From contig JAGOQQ010000002.1 in assembly GCA_017991395.1 (NCBI GenBank), positions 61,925 to 125,924 on the forward strand: 64,000 nucleotides of DNA, given 5' to 3'. Every line of letters begins with the position of its first letter. Within the stretch, counting starts at the first letter, position 1. Below are positions 1-9,157 of the stretch, one piece after another. A program made the translations under genes and the position numbers. The DNA comes from Minisyncoccota bacterium (GTDB taxonomy: Bacteria; Patescibacteriota; Minisyncoccia; Phycocordibacterales; UBA9973). The notes below the pieces were generated by a model. The model made no database searches, was not told where the DNA came from, and saw nothing but the letters and a program-made list of their open reading frames with translations.

Positions 1-843
1 CTCGTTTCAGGATCTCAAGTATTTTTCCCTCCTGCCAAGGCGGGGTGCCTGAAAGGCGGGGTGGTGTATTCCAGTTAGTTTGGTTTCCCAAAATCACCAT
101 CCTTCCTCATTTAAAACATTGCGCAAGGCTGACGAGCCGAGCATAGGAATTTTTCAGCAGAAAAATATACGTGTTTTAAATGGGGAAGGATAATAAACTT
201 TGACATTTTTTAAATCCATTGTCCAAATAATATCCTTGTAACATAAGCCTATAACCGTCGTCATAATAAGTGTAGTGCGGTGAGTATCTGTCATTTAGCC
301 AGATACGATCCAACTGCCTCTTTGTTGGCAGTCGATCAAAACGTAATTCGTGGAGATTTCCACATATTTATTACTTGTTTTGAAAGATGTGCTCTATAAT
401 AAAGAGTGCATAAGAACTGGTGTTTTAGCGAACATTATGGTATTATGCGTTTACGTATTTCGTCCGCGCATCTTCCGGAATGATAGGATTCCTGAAGTAC
501 CGCGATAACGAAACGCGTGTTCACAAGCAAGAACAGATCGATCATTGAAAACTAAACTTAGGATTTTTCTCAAATTACTTGAGAATATTTTTAGTAGTTT
601 TCTTTCGAAGTTTTGCTCTTGTCTGTATGCCCTGTCGACAAGGCAGACACAACGCTTAACATACATAGATATATGTATGGGTAAGTTTATTCAGAAAGAA
701 ACCAAACCCGATTTGTGATAAAGACAAATCGGATCAGGTATGTATGCAGTGATATGTCGGTATCACAATTTTAAATGCATACACTATGTGATTGATATGA
801 GTAAAATCGTAGCAACTCACGTAGGACTTATAAACGATAAATT

Positions 844-2733
844 ATGAAGAACATTACAAAGTTCGCAGTAAGTTTCGTTGCAGTAGCAGCTCTTTTTGTA
901 GCAGCAAACGCACAAGCTTACACACACATGGGAACCCTCAAAATGGGTTCAACTGGTTCACAAGTTATGGAGCTCCAAAAAGCTCTTAACGCAAAAGGAT
1001 TCGTTGTTTCATCAACTGGTGCTGGTTCACCAGGAATGGAATCATCTTATTTCGGTGCAAAGACAAAGGGAGCAGTTGTTGCTTTCCAAACAGCTAACGA
1101 TCTTGGAAAAGACGGTATCGTTGGACTTAACACAGGTGCTAAGCTTTCTTCAGGATCATCAACAGGTGGAACTTCAACAGTTCCAGGATGTACAGCAGGT
1201 GCAGCATTCAGTTCAACAACTGGAGCACCATGTACTGGAGGATCAACACCAACAACTCCAACAGGACCACTAGCTGGAACTGTTGGAACTATCGACTATT
1301 CTCTTACAACAGGTCTTTCTAATGAAGAAGTTGGAGAAGAAGATAGTGATGTTAAGGTTGCTGGTCTTGAGCTTGATCTCGATGACAGTGATTCAGATGT
1401 ACAAGTTACAGCAATCAAGCTTAACTTTGACGTTGGAACAGCAGGAAACGATTTTGAAGACTATGCAGATGAAGTATCTGTATGGCTCGGATCAACTAAA
1501 GTAGCATCTGTTGAGGCTGATGAATTTAACGATGATAATGACTTTGAAAAGACTGTATCTCTTTCAAATGCAGTAATTCGAATGGGTGATACTAAGGATC
1601 TTTACGTAGCAATTTCAGGTGTTTCTAATCTTGATACTGCTGATGTAAGTGATACTTGGACTGTTGATTTTACTCTCGTTCGTTTCACTGACGCACAGGG
1701 TGCAACTACATCTGAGGATCCTACGGAAACTGCAGTAACATTTTCATTCGAATCATTTGCTACAGCAACTGATGCTGAATTGAAGATTTCTGAAGGAGAT
1801 GATAGTATCAACGATGCTCATGTTATCAATGTAGACGCTACAGATGATACTGACAACGTTGAAATCCTTTCATTCAACATGGAAGCAGAAGGTGATTCAG
1901 ATCTTACAATTGATGCTCTTCCAATCACACTTACTTCAGTAGAAGCAACAGGTAATGACCCTGATGATCTCATTTCAATTGTTTACCTCTTTGCAGGTGA
2001 CACTGAAATCGGTTCAGAAAACCTATCTACTGGGGATGCTGATGGAAGTACAGAAGTAGTTGTCTTTGATGACCTCGATTACACAATTGATGCTGGTGAA
2101 GAGGAAGAATTTACTGTAAAAGCTAAGTTCTACTCTATCGCTGACACTCTTGATTCTGGAGACACACTCCAAGCAACATTTGGTGAGACTGAAACTGATC
2201 TTGCAACATTTGAAGTTGAAGACGAATCAGGTGAAGAACTCGCAGACGGAGACAAGACTGGTACAGTTGCTGGTGGTGCTCACGGTGTATACGATGTTGG
2301 TATAATGGCTAAATACATTTCTTCTACAGCAACAGCGACTCCAAGTGGAGTAGCTACTGTTGATGATAACGGTACATTTACTATCGTATTTGACGTAAGT
2401 GCATTTGATTCTGATATCTACGTAGATGGAACTGCTATTGCAGATGAAACAGGTGGGGCGACTTACCAAGACATTGATGCTTCTACTACAAGTGTAGCTA
2501 GTGGTGTTCTATCATGTTCAGGATGTGCTGATGCAGCTAACTCTACTTTCAAAGTAGCAGAAGGCGAGACTGAGAGATTCACAGTTACAGTTGCTGGTTC
2601 AGGAGCTGACGTATTTGCGATGGCTTCTCTTACAAGTATCTTGTATGCTACAACTGCAATTGATGGTGATACTTTGTACGCTTTCAACATGACAGACTTC
2701 AAGACAAACAGCGTATGGTTGGACAGTAACTAA
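844..2733 (+). CDS. secreted surface protein with an N-terminal peptidoglycan-binding-like domain, a Ser/Thr/Gly linker and long acidic D/E-rich repeats
   Basis: Signal-peptide-like N-terminus (MKNITKFAVSFVAVAALFVAANA). A PG_binding_1-like segment (GSTGSQVMELQKALNAKGF...GKDGIVG). The rest is acidic and repetitive. Confidence 0.55.
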   Translation: MKNITKFAVSFVAVAALFVAANAQAYTHMGTLKMGSTGSQVMELQKALNAKGFVVSSTGAGSPGMESSYFGAKTKGAVVAFQTANDLGKDGIVGLNTGAKLSSGSSTGGTSTVPGCTAGAAFSSTTGAPCTGGSTPTTPTGPLAGTVGTIDYSLTTGLSNEEVGEEDSDVKVAGLELDLDDSDSDVQVTAIKLNFDVGTAGNDFEDYADEVSVWLGSTKVASVEADEFNDDNDFEKTVSLSNAVIRMGDTKDLYVAISGVSNLDTADVSDTWTVDFTLVRFTDAQGATTSEDPTETAVTFSFESFATATDAELKISEGDDSINDAHVINVDATDDTDNVEILSFNMEAEGDSDLTIDALPITLTSVEATGNDPDDLISIVYLFAGDTEIGSENLSTGDADGSTEVVVFDDLDYTIDAGEEEEFTVKAKFYSIADTLDSGDTLQATFGETETDLATFEVEDESGEELADGDKTGTVAGGAHGVYDVGIMAKYISSTATATPSGVATVDDNGTFTIVFDVSAFDSDIYVDGTAIADETGGATYQDIDASTTSVASGVLSCSGCADAANSTFKVAEGETERFTVTVAGSGADVFAMASLTSILYATTAIDGDTLYAFNMTDFKTNSVWLDSN

Positions 2734-2782
2734 TACGCAAGTATTTAGTTAAATGTTCTAACAATATCTGATTGCTTAGAAA

Positions 2783-2818
2783 ACAAAAAACCACCCTTTT
2801 GGGTGGTTTTTTGTTTTC
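2783..2818 (+). terminator. rho-independent terminator (ccaccc-tttt-gggtgg followed by a T-run)
   Basis: GC hairpin followed by tttttgtttt, directly after the stop codon of 844..2733. Confidence 0.6.
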
Positions 2819-2872
2819 TAAGGAAAATGAATGCGACATCACTGAAAAGAATTTTGATCAGTTAAAAGAAAA

Positions 2873-2901
2873 ACTCAGGCAAGTAATTGCCTGAGTTTTT
2901 C
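2873..2901. terminator. second hairpin plus T-run (actcaggcaagtaattgcctgagttttt)
   Basis: Perfect inverted repeat followed by ttttt. Confidence 0.45.
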
Positions 2902-3030
2902 TTTGTCTATACCCCTTGCGGGGGAGGGCCGAAGCCATTTGCGCCGTAATTATAGATTATGTAGCATTGGAAGTCAACATCTTGTACCAACAAGCACCCT
3001 GTCACTAACGTGTCGTTCCTTCTCATCAAG

Positions 3031-3096
3031 GAGGGGAAGAAATACAACTAAAGTCTAAAGACTAACTACTAAAGACTTCCTTCTCCTTCCGCGTCT
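3031..3096. repeat. dispersed ~66 bp intergenic repeat (ggggaagaaatacaactaaagtctaaagactaactactaaagactt...ccgcgtc); second copy at 17063..17128
   Basis: Near-identical copy upstream of truB, seen by direct comparison. Confidence 0.7.
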
Positions 3097-3152
3097 GTCA
3101 GCGTTCAGGCTTTGCATAAGTGTTCCCTTATCCGCGTAAGTCTGCGATTACT

Positions 3153-3181
3153 TTGACAAAACCCCCTAAAAAATGTAGTAT
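3153..3181 (+). promoter_or_regulatory. sigma70-like promoter: TTGACA, 17 nt spacer, TAGTAT, upstream of rpsN
   Basis: -35 TTGACA at 3153-3158, a 17 nt spacer, -10 tagtat at 3176-3181. About 135 nt upstream of the rpsN start. Confidence 0.5.
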
Positions 3182-3317
3182 GTAGCTTGTACGGACGAGA
3201 TCCGTTTTTCTCCTTGAGAGAGGCCAGTACGGCTTGATTCAAGAACCAAAACGAGATATCTCCTGTACGAACATTAGCAAAAGGCCACAGGTCAATGGTC
3301 TTTAATATTTTATTTCT

Positions 3318-3503
3318 ATGGCAAAAAAGTCAGTAATTGCACGATCAGAAAAAAAGCCAAAATTTAGCACTCGGTCAAAAAACCGATGTTTTAAGTGTGG
3401 TCGCGGAAATGCGTTCATGCGTGATTTTGGACTTTGTCGTATTTGTTTCCGAGAACTTGCAAACGAAGGAATGATTCCAGGAATTCGCAAATCAAGTTGG
3501 TAG
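3318..3503 (+). CDS. rpsN: 30S ribosomal protein S14 type Z (zinc-binding, 61 aa)
   Basis: 61 aa with the CxxC...CxxC motif ([25 protein letters not shown]), typical of S14 type Z, and spc-operon context. Confidence 0.9.
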   Translation: MAKKSVIARSEKKPKFSTRSKNRCFKCGRGNAFMRDFGLCRICFRELANEGMIPGIRKSSW

Positions 3504-3505
3504 AC

Positions 3506-3591
3506 CTAAAAGCTGAAAGTTTAAAGTTAAAAGCTTAAAGAAGAAGATTCTAAGCTAAAATTTTAAATCTGAAAGTTAAAAGTATGCTCGT
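3506..3591. repeat. tandem array of A-rich heptads (AAAGCTG/AAAGTTT/AAAGCTT...) between rpsN and rpsH; same family at 4039..4084, 7437..7476, 12714..12749 and 16675..16709
   Basis: aaagctgaaagtttaaagttaaaagcttaaagaagaag... recurs at five intergenic loci. Confidence 0.75.
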
Positions 3592-3631
3592 ATTTTTTAG
3601 ATTACTTATTACTTATTACTAATCACTAGTT

Positions 3632-4021
3632 ATGACAGATCCAATCGGAGCTATGCTCAACATGCTTAAGAATGCAGGGAATGCTGGGAAACCAACAATC
3701 ACTGTTCCATTCTCTAAGATCAAATTCGCGATTGCCGAGTGTTTGAAGGCACAAGGTTATGTCGAATCAGTCTCAAAAAAGACTAAGAAAAATCTTCCGT
3801 ACCTTGAAGTAGGTGTGAAGTTCGAAGGAAATGCTCCTCGAATCAACGAAGTAGCACGTGTGTCAAAACCTTCACGAAGAATGTATATGGGTGTAAAGGA
3901 TATCAAGCCGATGAAGCACGGAAAAGGTATGTTTGTCCTTTCAACACCAAAGGGAATATTACGAGATAAGGATGCCCGCAAGGAAATGGTCGGAGGCGAG
4001 GTGTTGTTTAGTATTTGGTAA
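3632..4021 (+). CDS. rpsH: 30S ribosomal protein S8
   Basis: 129 aa with S8-like sequence and position after S14. Confidence 0.9.
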   Translation: MTDPIGAMLNMLKNAGNAGKPTITVPFSKIKFAIAECLKAQGYVESVSKKTKKNLPYLEVGVKFEGNAPRINEVARVSKPSRRMYMGVKDIKPMKHGKGMFVLSTPKGILRDKDARKEMVGGEVLFSIW

Positions 4022-4038
4022 CAAAAAAAGGGGATAGA

Positions 4039-4084
4039 AAAAGCTAAAAGCTGAAAGTCAAAAGCTGAAAGAAGAAATTCAAAG
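4039..4084. repeat. A-rich heptad array (aaagctaaaagctgaaagtcaaaagctgaaagaagaaa) between rpsH and rplF
   Basis: Same motif family as 3506..3591. Confidence 0.7.
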
Positions 4085-4137
4085 CATAAGGCCAGTCGCT
4101 AGAAGCTTAAAAAATAACTATCCGCTAATAAAAATTT

Positions 4138-4671
4138 ATGTCACGTATAGGAAAACAAATCATACAAATTCCACAAGGAACAGAAGTTACTCTTTCAAAG
4201 GGAATTCTTCGTGTGAAAGGTCCAAAGGGTGAACTCATCAAAGAGTTCAAAGACGACATTGTTGTTACAATTGAAAACAACACAGTCGTATTCGTTCCAA
4301 AAGACAACACTCCATTTTCTCGAGCACTCTGGGGAACATATGCTTCACATGTGAAGAATATGATCAAAGGGGTAAATGAAGCTTTCGTAAAGAAACTTAT
4401 TCTCGAAGGAGTTGGATTCAAATCAGAATCAGACGGGAAGACTCTCAAGCTTGCACTCGGATTTTCACATCCAGTACTCGTTCCAATCACAGATGGTCTC
4501 ACTGTCACAGCTGAAAAAAATATTATTACGGTAACTGGTATTGATAAAGAAATGGTCGGCCAGTTCACAGCGGATGTTCGCGCAATGAAGAAACCAGAAC
4601 CATACAAAGGTAAAGGATTTCGATACGATGGCGAAGTTATCCGACGTAAGCAAGGTAAAAAATCAGCATAA
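4138..4671 (+). CDS. rplF: 50S ribosomal protein L6
   Basis: [19 protein letters not shown]...KGPKGEL is an L6 signature. Confidence 0.9.
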   Translation: MSRIGKQIIQIPQGTEVTLSKGILRVKGPKGELIKEFKDDIVVTIENNTVVFVPKDNTPFSRALWGTYASHVKNMIKGVNEAFVKKLILEGVGFKSESDGKTLKLALGFSHPVLVPITDGLTVTAEKNIITVTGIDKEMVGQFTADVRAMKKPEPYKGKGFRYDGEVIRRKQGKKSA

Positions 4672-4676
4672 CGTTT

Positions 4677-5027
4677 ATGAAAATAACACAGAAAAAAACT
4701 CAAAAGCGAATGCGATTGAAAGCAAAGATTCGAACAAAGATCTTTGGTACAGGTGCTACACCTCGACTTTCAGTCTTTCGTTCAAATACATTTATCTACA
4801 CCCAGCTTATCGATGATGAGAATGGTGTTACGCTTGCATCAGCATCTGATGTTAAGATAAAGAAAGGTACAAAAGTAGAACGCGCAGCACAAGTAGGCGA
4901 AGAGCTTGCAAAGAATGCACTTGCAAAAGGAATTTCAAAAATTGTGTTCGATCGAAATGGTTTCAAATATACAGGTCGTGTATTAGCACTTGCAGAAGGA
5001 GCTCGAAAGGGTGGCTTGCAATTTTAA
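4677..5027 (+). CDS. rplR: 50S ribosomal protein L18
   Basis: 116 aa. PRLSVFRSN...YTQLIDD...[30 protein letters not shown]. Confidence 0.85.
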   Translation: MKITQKKTQKRMRLKAKIRTKIFGTGATPRLSVFRSNTFIYTQLIDDENGVTLASASDVKIKKGTKVERAAQVGEELAKNALAKGISKIVFDRNGFKYTGRVLALAEGARKGGLQF

Positions 5028-5030
5028 TTT

Positions 5031-5633
5031 ATGGAAACAAACACAACAACTCAAACAAAATCTGGAGCATATGTCGCTCCGTCAGGTGCATCACGTGCAC
5101 CGCGAAGTGGTGGAGGTTTTAGATCTGGAGGCGGACGCTCACCTCGAGCATTTGCAGAAAGACCAAAGCCAGAATTTGATCAAAAAATTCTTTCTATCCG
5201 ACGTGTGACTCGTGTGGTTGCCGGAGGACGACGATTTTCATTTGCAGTATCTATTGCGATTGGAGACAAGAAAGGAGCTATTGGTGTAGGTACAGGAAAA
5301 TCTACTGACACATCACTTGCAATCAACAAAGCAGTTAAGACAGCAAAGAAAAACATGATTCGAATCAAGCTTACAAAAGATGGCTCAATTCCTCATGACG
5401 TCAAAGCAAAATACGCGAGTTCACGAATCTGGCTTATGCCAAACAAGGGACGAGGAATGGTGGCAGGTTCAGCTATTCGAGACATGCTCGTACTTGGAGG
5501 TATTCACAACGTGACTTCAAAAGTACTTTCAGGAAGTAAGAACAAGCTCAATATAGGTCGAGCAACAATAAACGCTCTTTCAGCTTTTGCATTGCCTAAA
5601 AAAGTGGCAGTAGTAAAAGAAGAAGAGAAATAA
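5031..5633 (+). CDS. rpsE: 30S ribosomal protein S5
   Basis: RRVTRVVAGGRRFSFAVSIAIGDKKGAIGVGTGKS...GRGMVAGSAIRDMLVLGGIHNV is the S5 core. Confidence 0.9.
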   Translation: METNTTTQTKSGAYVAPSGASRAPRSGGGFRSGGGRSPRAFAERPKPEFDQKILSIRRVTRVVAGGRRFSFAVSIAIGDKKGAIGVGTGKSTDTSLAINKAVKTAKKNMIRIKLTKDGSIPHDVKAKYASSRIWLMPNKGRGMVAGSAIRDMLVLGGIHNVTSKVLSGSKNKLNIGRATINALSAFALPKKVAVVKEEEK

Positions 5634-5636
5634 TTT

Positions 5637-6074
5637 ATGCAACTTCATACATTAAAGCGAAAGACAAAAAACAAGAAAGATAGAGAAGTGGGACGAGGAG
5701 GCCGACATGCCAAGACTTCAGGTCGTGGAACAAAAGGTCAAAACGCTCGTGCAGGACGAAAGCTCCGACCGCAACTTCGTGATATCATTAAGAAGCTTCC
5801 AAAGCGACGAGGACGAGGAAAGAATGTCAACAAGTCATTTGAAATTCGACCGGCGGCTGTGAGTCTCACAAAGCTTTCAGTATTTTCTGCAAAGGATATT
5901 GTCACAAATACTTCACTCTTTGAAAAAGGAGTTATCCAAAAAGTAAAAGGACGAATTCCACAAGTCAAAATATTGGGAACAGGAACAATCGCAATCGCAG
6001 TCACAGTGACTGGATGTACAGTTTCAAAATCTGCAAAAGAAGCAATTGAAAAAGCTGGAGGAAGCGTGAACTAG
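5637..6074 (+). CDS. rplO: 50S ribosomal protein L15
   Basis: Gly/Arg-rich N-terminus (GRGGRHAKTSGRGTKGQNARAGRKLR). It follows rpsE with a 3-nt gap, so there is no room for L30. Confidence 0.85.
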   Translation: MQLHTLKRKTKNKKDREVGRGGRHAKTSGRGTKGQNARAGRKLRPQLRDIIKKLPKRRGRGKNVNKSFEIRPAAVSLTKLSVFSAKDIVTNTSLFEKGVIQKVKGRIPQVKILGTGTIAIAVTVTGCTVSKSAKEAIEKAGGSVN

Positions 6075-6103
6075 TTCATCATTACTTATGGTAACCATGC
6101 AGG

Positions 6104-7399
6104 ATGGTAACATCTTGCTCAAATAGAATGCGAAACGTATTACACAAACTTCGAATAATTTTTGGTGACAAGTCACTCCGAAACCGTATTTTCTTTACGC
6201 TCGGAGCACTTGTGGTATTTCGACTTCTTTCAGCAATCCCAATTCCAGGAGTTGATCAAAACCAACTCGCAGCATTTCTCGCAAGTAACCAACTTGTTGG
6301 AGTGTTGAATATTTTCTCTGGAGGAGGACTTTCAAATCTTTCTATTATCATGCTTGGAGTAGGAGCATACGTGACATCATCAATCATTATGCAGGTGATG
6401 ACAATCATGTTTCCAAAACTCAAATCAATGTATCAGGAAGAAGGTGAGGCAGGACGAAAGAAATTTACTCAGTACTCTCGAATGCTCACAGTACCACTCG
6501 CTGCGATTCAAGGTTTTGGACTTCTGACTCTTCTTGAAAGACAAGGTGCACTCGGCACAGTGACGACATTTCAAATGATTACAAATCTTTCGATTGTGAT
6601 TGCTGGTGCAATGCTCACAATGTGGATCGGCGAACTCATCTCTGAATACGGTATTGGAAACGGTGTTTCTGTACTTATCTTTGGAGGTATCGTGGCGTCA
6701 TTTCCAACAAGTGTTAGTCAGGCATTGTTTACGTATACTCCGGCAGATTTGCCACTGTACATCGCGTTTGTCCTAGTAGGACTGATTGTGATTGCAGGTG
6801 TGGTGCTCGTGACTGAAGCAGAGCGTCCTATTCCTGTGACGTATGCAAAGCAAGTACATGGAAACCATGTCACAGGTGGAACATCAACATATATTCCACT
6901 TCGACTCACACAAGCGGGAGTTATCCCAATTATTTTTGCGCTCTCAATTCTGTTGTTTCCGCAAATTATTGCAAACTTCTTGGCTGGCTCAACAAATGCG
7001 ATTCTGCTCTCGATTTCAAATTCGATGACAGCGTTTTTGCAAAATCAATTACTTTACGGTGCTGTGTACTTTGTACTTGTATTTCTCTTCACATACTTTT
7101 ATACCGCAGTTACCTTCGATCCAGAATCAATGTCTCACAATCTACAAAAGAATGGAGCGTTTATTCCAGGAGTTCGACCAGGTCAATCTACTGCAGAATA
7201 CGTAAGTAAGATTCTGACACGTGTGACATTGGTAGGAGCACTGTTTCTTGGTGTGATTGCGATCTTGCCACTCATAATGCAAAGCATTACAGGTATTACT
7301 CAAATCGCGCTTGGTGGTACATCACTCTTGATTGTTATCAACGTTGCAGTTGATCTCGTAAAGAAAATTGATGCACAGATTGCAATGAGGGAATACTAG
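6104..7399 (+). CDS. secY: preprotein translocase subunit SecY (true start may be the internal Met at ~6128)
   Basis: 431 aa polytopic membrane protein with SecY motifs (GALVVFRLLSAIPIPGVD, GGLSNLSIIMLGVGAYVTSSIIMQ), located after rplO. Confidence 0.9.
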   Translation: MVTSCSNRMRNVLHKLRIIFGDKSLRNRIFFTLGALVVFRLLSAIPIPGVDQNQLAAFLASNQLVGVLNIFSGGGLSNLSIIMLGVGAYVTSSIIMQVMTIMFPKLKSMYQEEGEAGRKKFTQYSRMLTVPLAAIQGFGLLTLLERQGALGTVTTFQMITNLSIVIAGAMLTMWIGELISEYGIGNGVSVLIFGGIVASFPTSVSQALFTYTPADLPLYIAFVLVGLIVIAGVVLVTEAERPIPVTYAKQVHGNHVTGGTSTYIPLRLTQAGVIPIIFALSILLFPQIIANFLAGSTNAILLSISNSMTAFLQNQLLYGAVYFVLVFLFTYFYTAVTFDPESMSHNLQKNGAFIPGVRPGQSTAEYVSKILTRVTLVGALFLGVIAILPLIMQSITGITQIALGGTSLLIVINVAVDLVKKIDAQIAMREY

Positions 7400-7478
7400 G
7401 GAGCAGTTTATAGCGAATAGGTTTTAGGGAATAGTGAAAAAGCTGAAAGCTAAAAGTTTAAAGTTGAAAGAAGAAATT

Positions 7479-7520
7479 GTGTCATCCTGAACTTGTTTCA
7501 GGATCTCAAAACTATTTTCC
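7479..7520. repeat. palindromic dispersed element GTGTCATCCTGAACTTGTTTCAGGATCTCAAA; reverse-complement copy at 12890..12921, partial copy at 1..25
   Basis: Exact reverse-complement match between 7483-7512 and 12891-12920. Internal hairpin atcctgaa/ttcaggat. Confidence 0.8.
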
Positions 7521-7531
7521 AATCCAATTAC

Positions 7532-7566
7532 AAAAGAGCGGCGCCTAGGGCGCCGCTCTTTTGTAA
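7532..7566. terminator. bidirectional rho-independent terminator (agagcggcgcc-tagg-gcgccgctct), A-run upstream and T-run downstream
   Basis: Perfect 11-bp GC-rich stem followed by ttttg, after secY. Confidence 0.65.
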
Positions 7567-7605
7567 TTAACCCTGTTCCCTTATCACTAATCCCTAATTA
7601 CTCGC

Positions 7606-8211
7606 ATGTGTTATAATGTCGTCATGACATCAAATACCTTTATATTCTTCGGGCGGTCGGGGTGCGGGAAAGGTACTCAGGCCCACCTTTTGCAACAAAA
7701 ACTAGAGCAGGCAGGCGGTAAGGTTCTTTATATCGAAACTGGAGCTAAGTTTCGTGAGTTTATGGAAAAAGGCAACCACACAAGCAATCTTACAAAAGAA
7801 GTCATCGACAATGGTGGTCTTTTGCCAGCGTTTTTGCCGGTGTGGGTGTGGTCAAATTTTTTGATTGAAAATTTTACTGGCACTGAGCATCTTATTCTCG
7901 ACGGATTATCACGACGAGCTTTTGAAGCTCCAATACTTGATTCGATGATTGGTTTCTACAAACGCGATCGACCATATGTGATTTTGATTGATGTGTCTCG
8001 TGAGTGGTCAAAAGAGCGATTGATGGGAAGAAAGCGAGAAGATGATACCGATGAATATATCGAAAGTAGACTCAACTGGTACGACCGCGATGTTGTGCCC
8101 GCGATTGAATATTTTAGAAATCATTCCGGCTATCATTTTGTTGAAGTGAATGGAGAAAAATCAATTGAAGAGGTGCATGATGAGATTGTAAAAAAGCTAG
8201 AAATATTTTAA
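7606..8211 (+). CDS. adk: adenylate kinase (likely start at Met 7624)
   Basis: P-loop FGRSGCGKGTQ, LID-like region, and the conserved secY-adk-map order. Confidence 0.8.
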   Translation: MCYNVVMTSNTFIFFGRSGCGKGTQAHLLQQKLEQAGGKVLYIETGAKFREFMEKGNHTSNLTKEVIDNGGLLPAFLPVWVWSNFLIENFTGTEHLILDGLSRRAFEAPILDSMIGFYKRDRPYVILIDVSREWSKERLMGRKREDDTDEYIESRLNWYDRDVVPAIEYFRNHSGYHFVEVNGEKSIEEVHDEIVKKLEIF

Positions 8212-8214
8212 ACG

Positions 8215-8262
8215 GTCGCGGACCTAACGCGGAAGGTCGCGGAACGGACGCGGAATTTTGCA
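8215..8262. repeat. GCGGA-type short tandem motif cluster (ggtcgcggacctaacgcggaaggtcgcggaacggacgcgga)
   Basis: Same motif family at 17126..17170, 24661..24700 and 25139..25170. Related CGTAGAACG clusters at 19855..19893, 45675..45712, 46088..46180 and 54547..54585. Confidence 0.65.
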
Positions 8263-8291
8263 GCTTACGTTTTACGTATAACTTATCGCCA

Positions 8292-9056
8292 ATGATTATA
8301 ATTAAGACAGAGAAAGAAATAAAAAATCTACGTATCGCCGGAAAACATCTCGGTGAGATTCTTTCAATTCTTGAAAAGGAAATCAAGCCAGGCGTCACAC
8401 CAAAACAGCTCGATGCAAGATCACGAGAGCTCATACAAGAGAGAGGGTGCACACCTGCGTTTCTTGGATACACACCGCATGGAGCACCGCGTCCTTATCC
8501 ATCTGCACTTTGTACTTCTGTAAATAGTGAAGTAGTTCATGGTATTCCCACAAACACACCACTTAAAGAAGGAGATATTATTTCGATTGATCTTGGACTT
8601 TGGTACAACGCCGTGGTGGTGGATTCAGCACGCACAGTTCCTGTTGGGAAAATTTCACCCGAACTTGAAAAGCTTTTACAAATTACACGCGAATCACTCT
8701 ATGTCGGTATACAACAAGCAGTGGCGGGTAATCGCACAGGAGATATAGGAAATGCAATTGAGACGTTCATCAAACCTCATAACTATGGAATTGTGAAAGA
8801 ACTCGCTGGTCACGGAGTGGGACGTGAAATTCATGAAGATCCCTATGTACCAAATTATGGGAAAAAAGGCACAGGGTCACTTTTGAAAGAAAACATGGTT
8901 ATTGCAATTGAGCCAATGATCAATCTTGGGAAAGCAGGCGTAGTGTTCCACAAAGATGGGTACACCGTCACTGCAAAAGACTCTCTTCCAAGTGCACACT
9001 TTGAGCACACCGTACTGATCACAAAAGGTAAACCAGAAATTCTCACAGATTATTAA
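8292..9056 (+). CDS. map: methionine aminopeptidase type I
   Basis: 254 aa with the pita-bread fold metal ligands in context (DLGLWYN...HGVGREIHE...AIEPMI...FEHTVLIT). Confidence 0.85.
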   Translation: MIIIKTEKEIKNLRIAGKHLGEILSILEKEIKPGVTPKQLDARSRELIQERGCTPAFLGYTPHGAPRPYPSALCTSVNSEVVHGIPTNTPLKEGDIISIDLGLWYNAVVVDSARTVPVGKISPELEKLLQITRESLYVGIQQAVAGNRTGDIGNAIETFIKPHNYGIVKELAGHGVGREIHEDPYVPNYGKKGTGSLLKENMVIAIEPMINLGKAGVVFHKDGYTVTAKDSLPSAHFEHTVLITKGKPEILTDY

Positions 9057-9157
9057 ATAATTAGTTAAGTATATGCCAGGAATAGTTGTATTTATTATAC
9101 TTTTTTCACTCGTTGTATTTCTAATAAAGGATTGAACTTGTTATACTTACAGTATCT

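Noticed and set aside
451-666. 71-aa minus-strand ORF in the first 843 bp
   Set aside because: Composition is odd (Arg/Cys-rich) and there is no motif. It sits in a repeat-rich, AT-rich intergenic stretch, so it is more likely non-coding.
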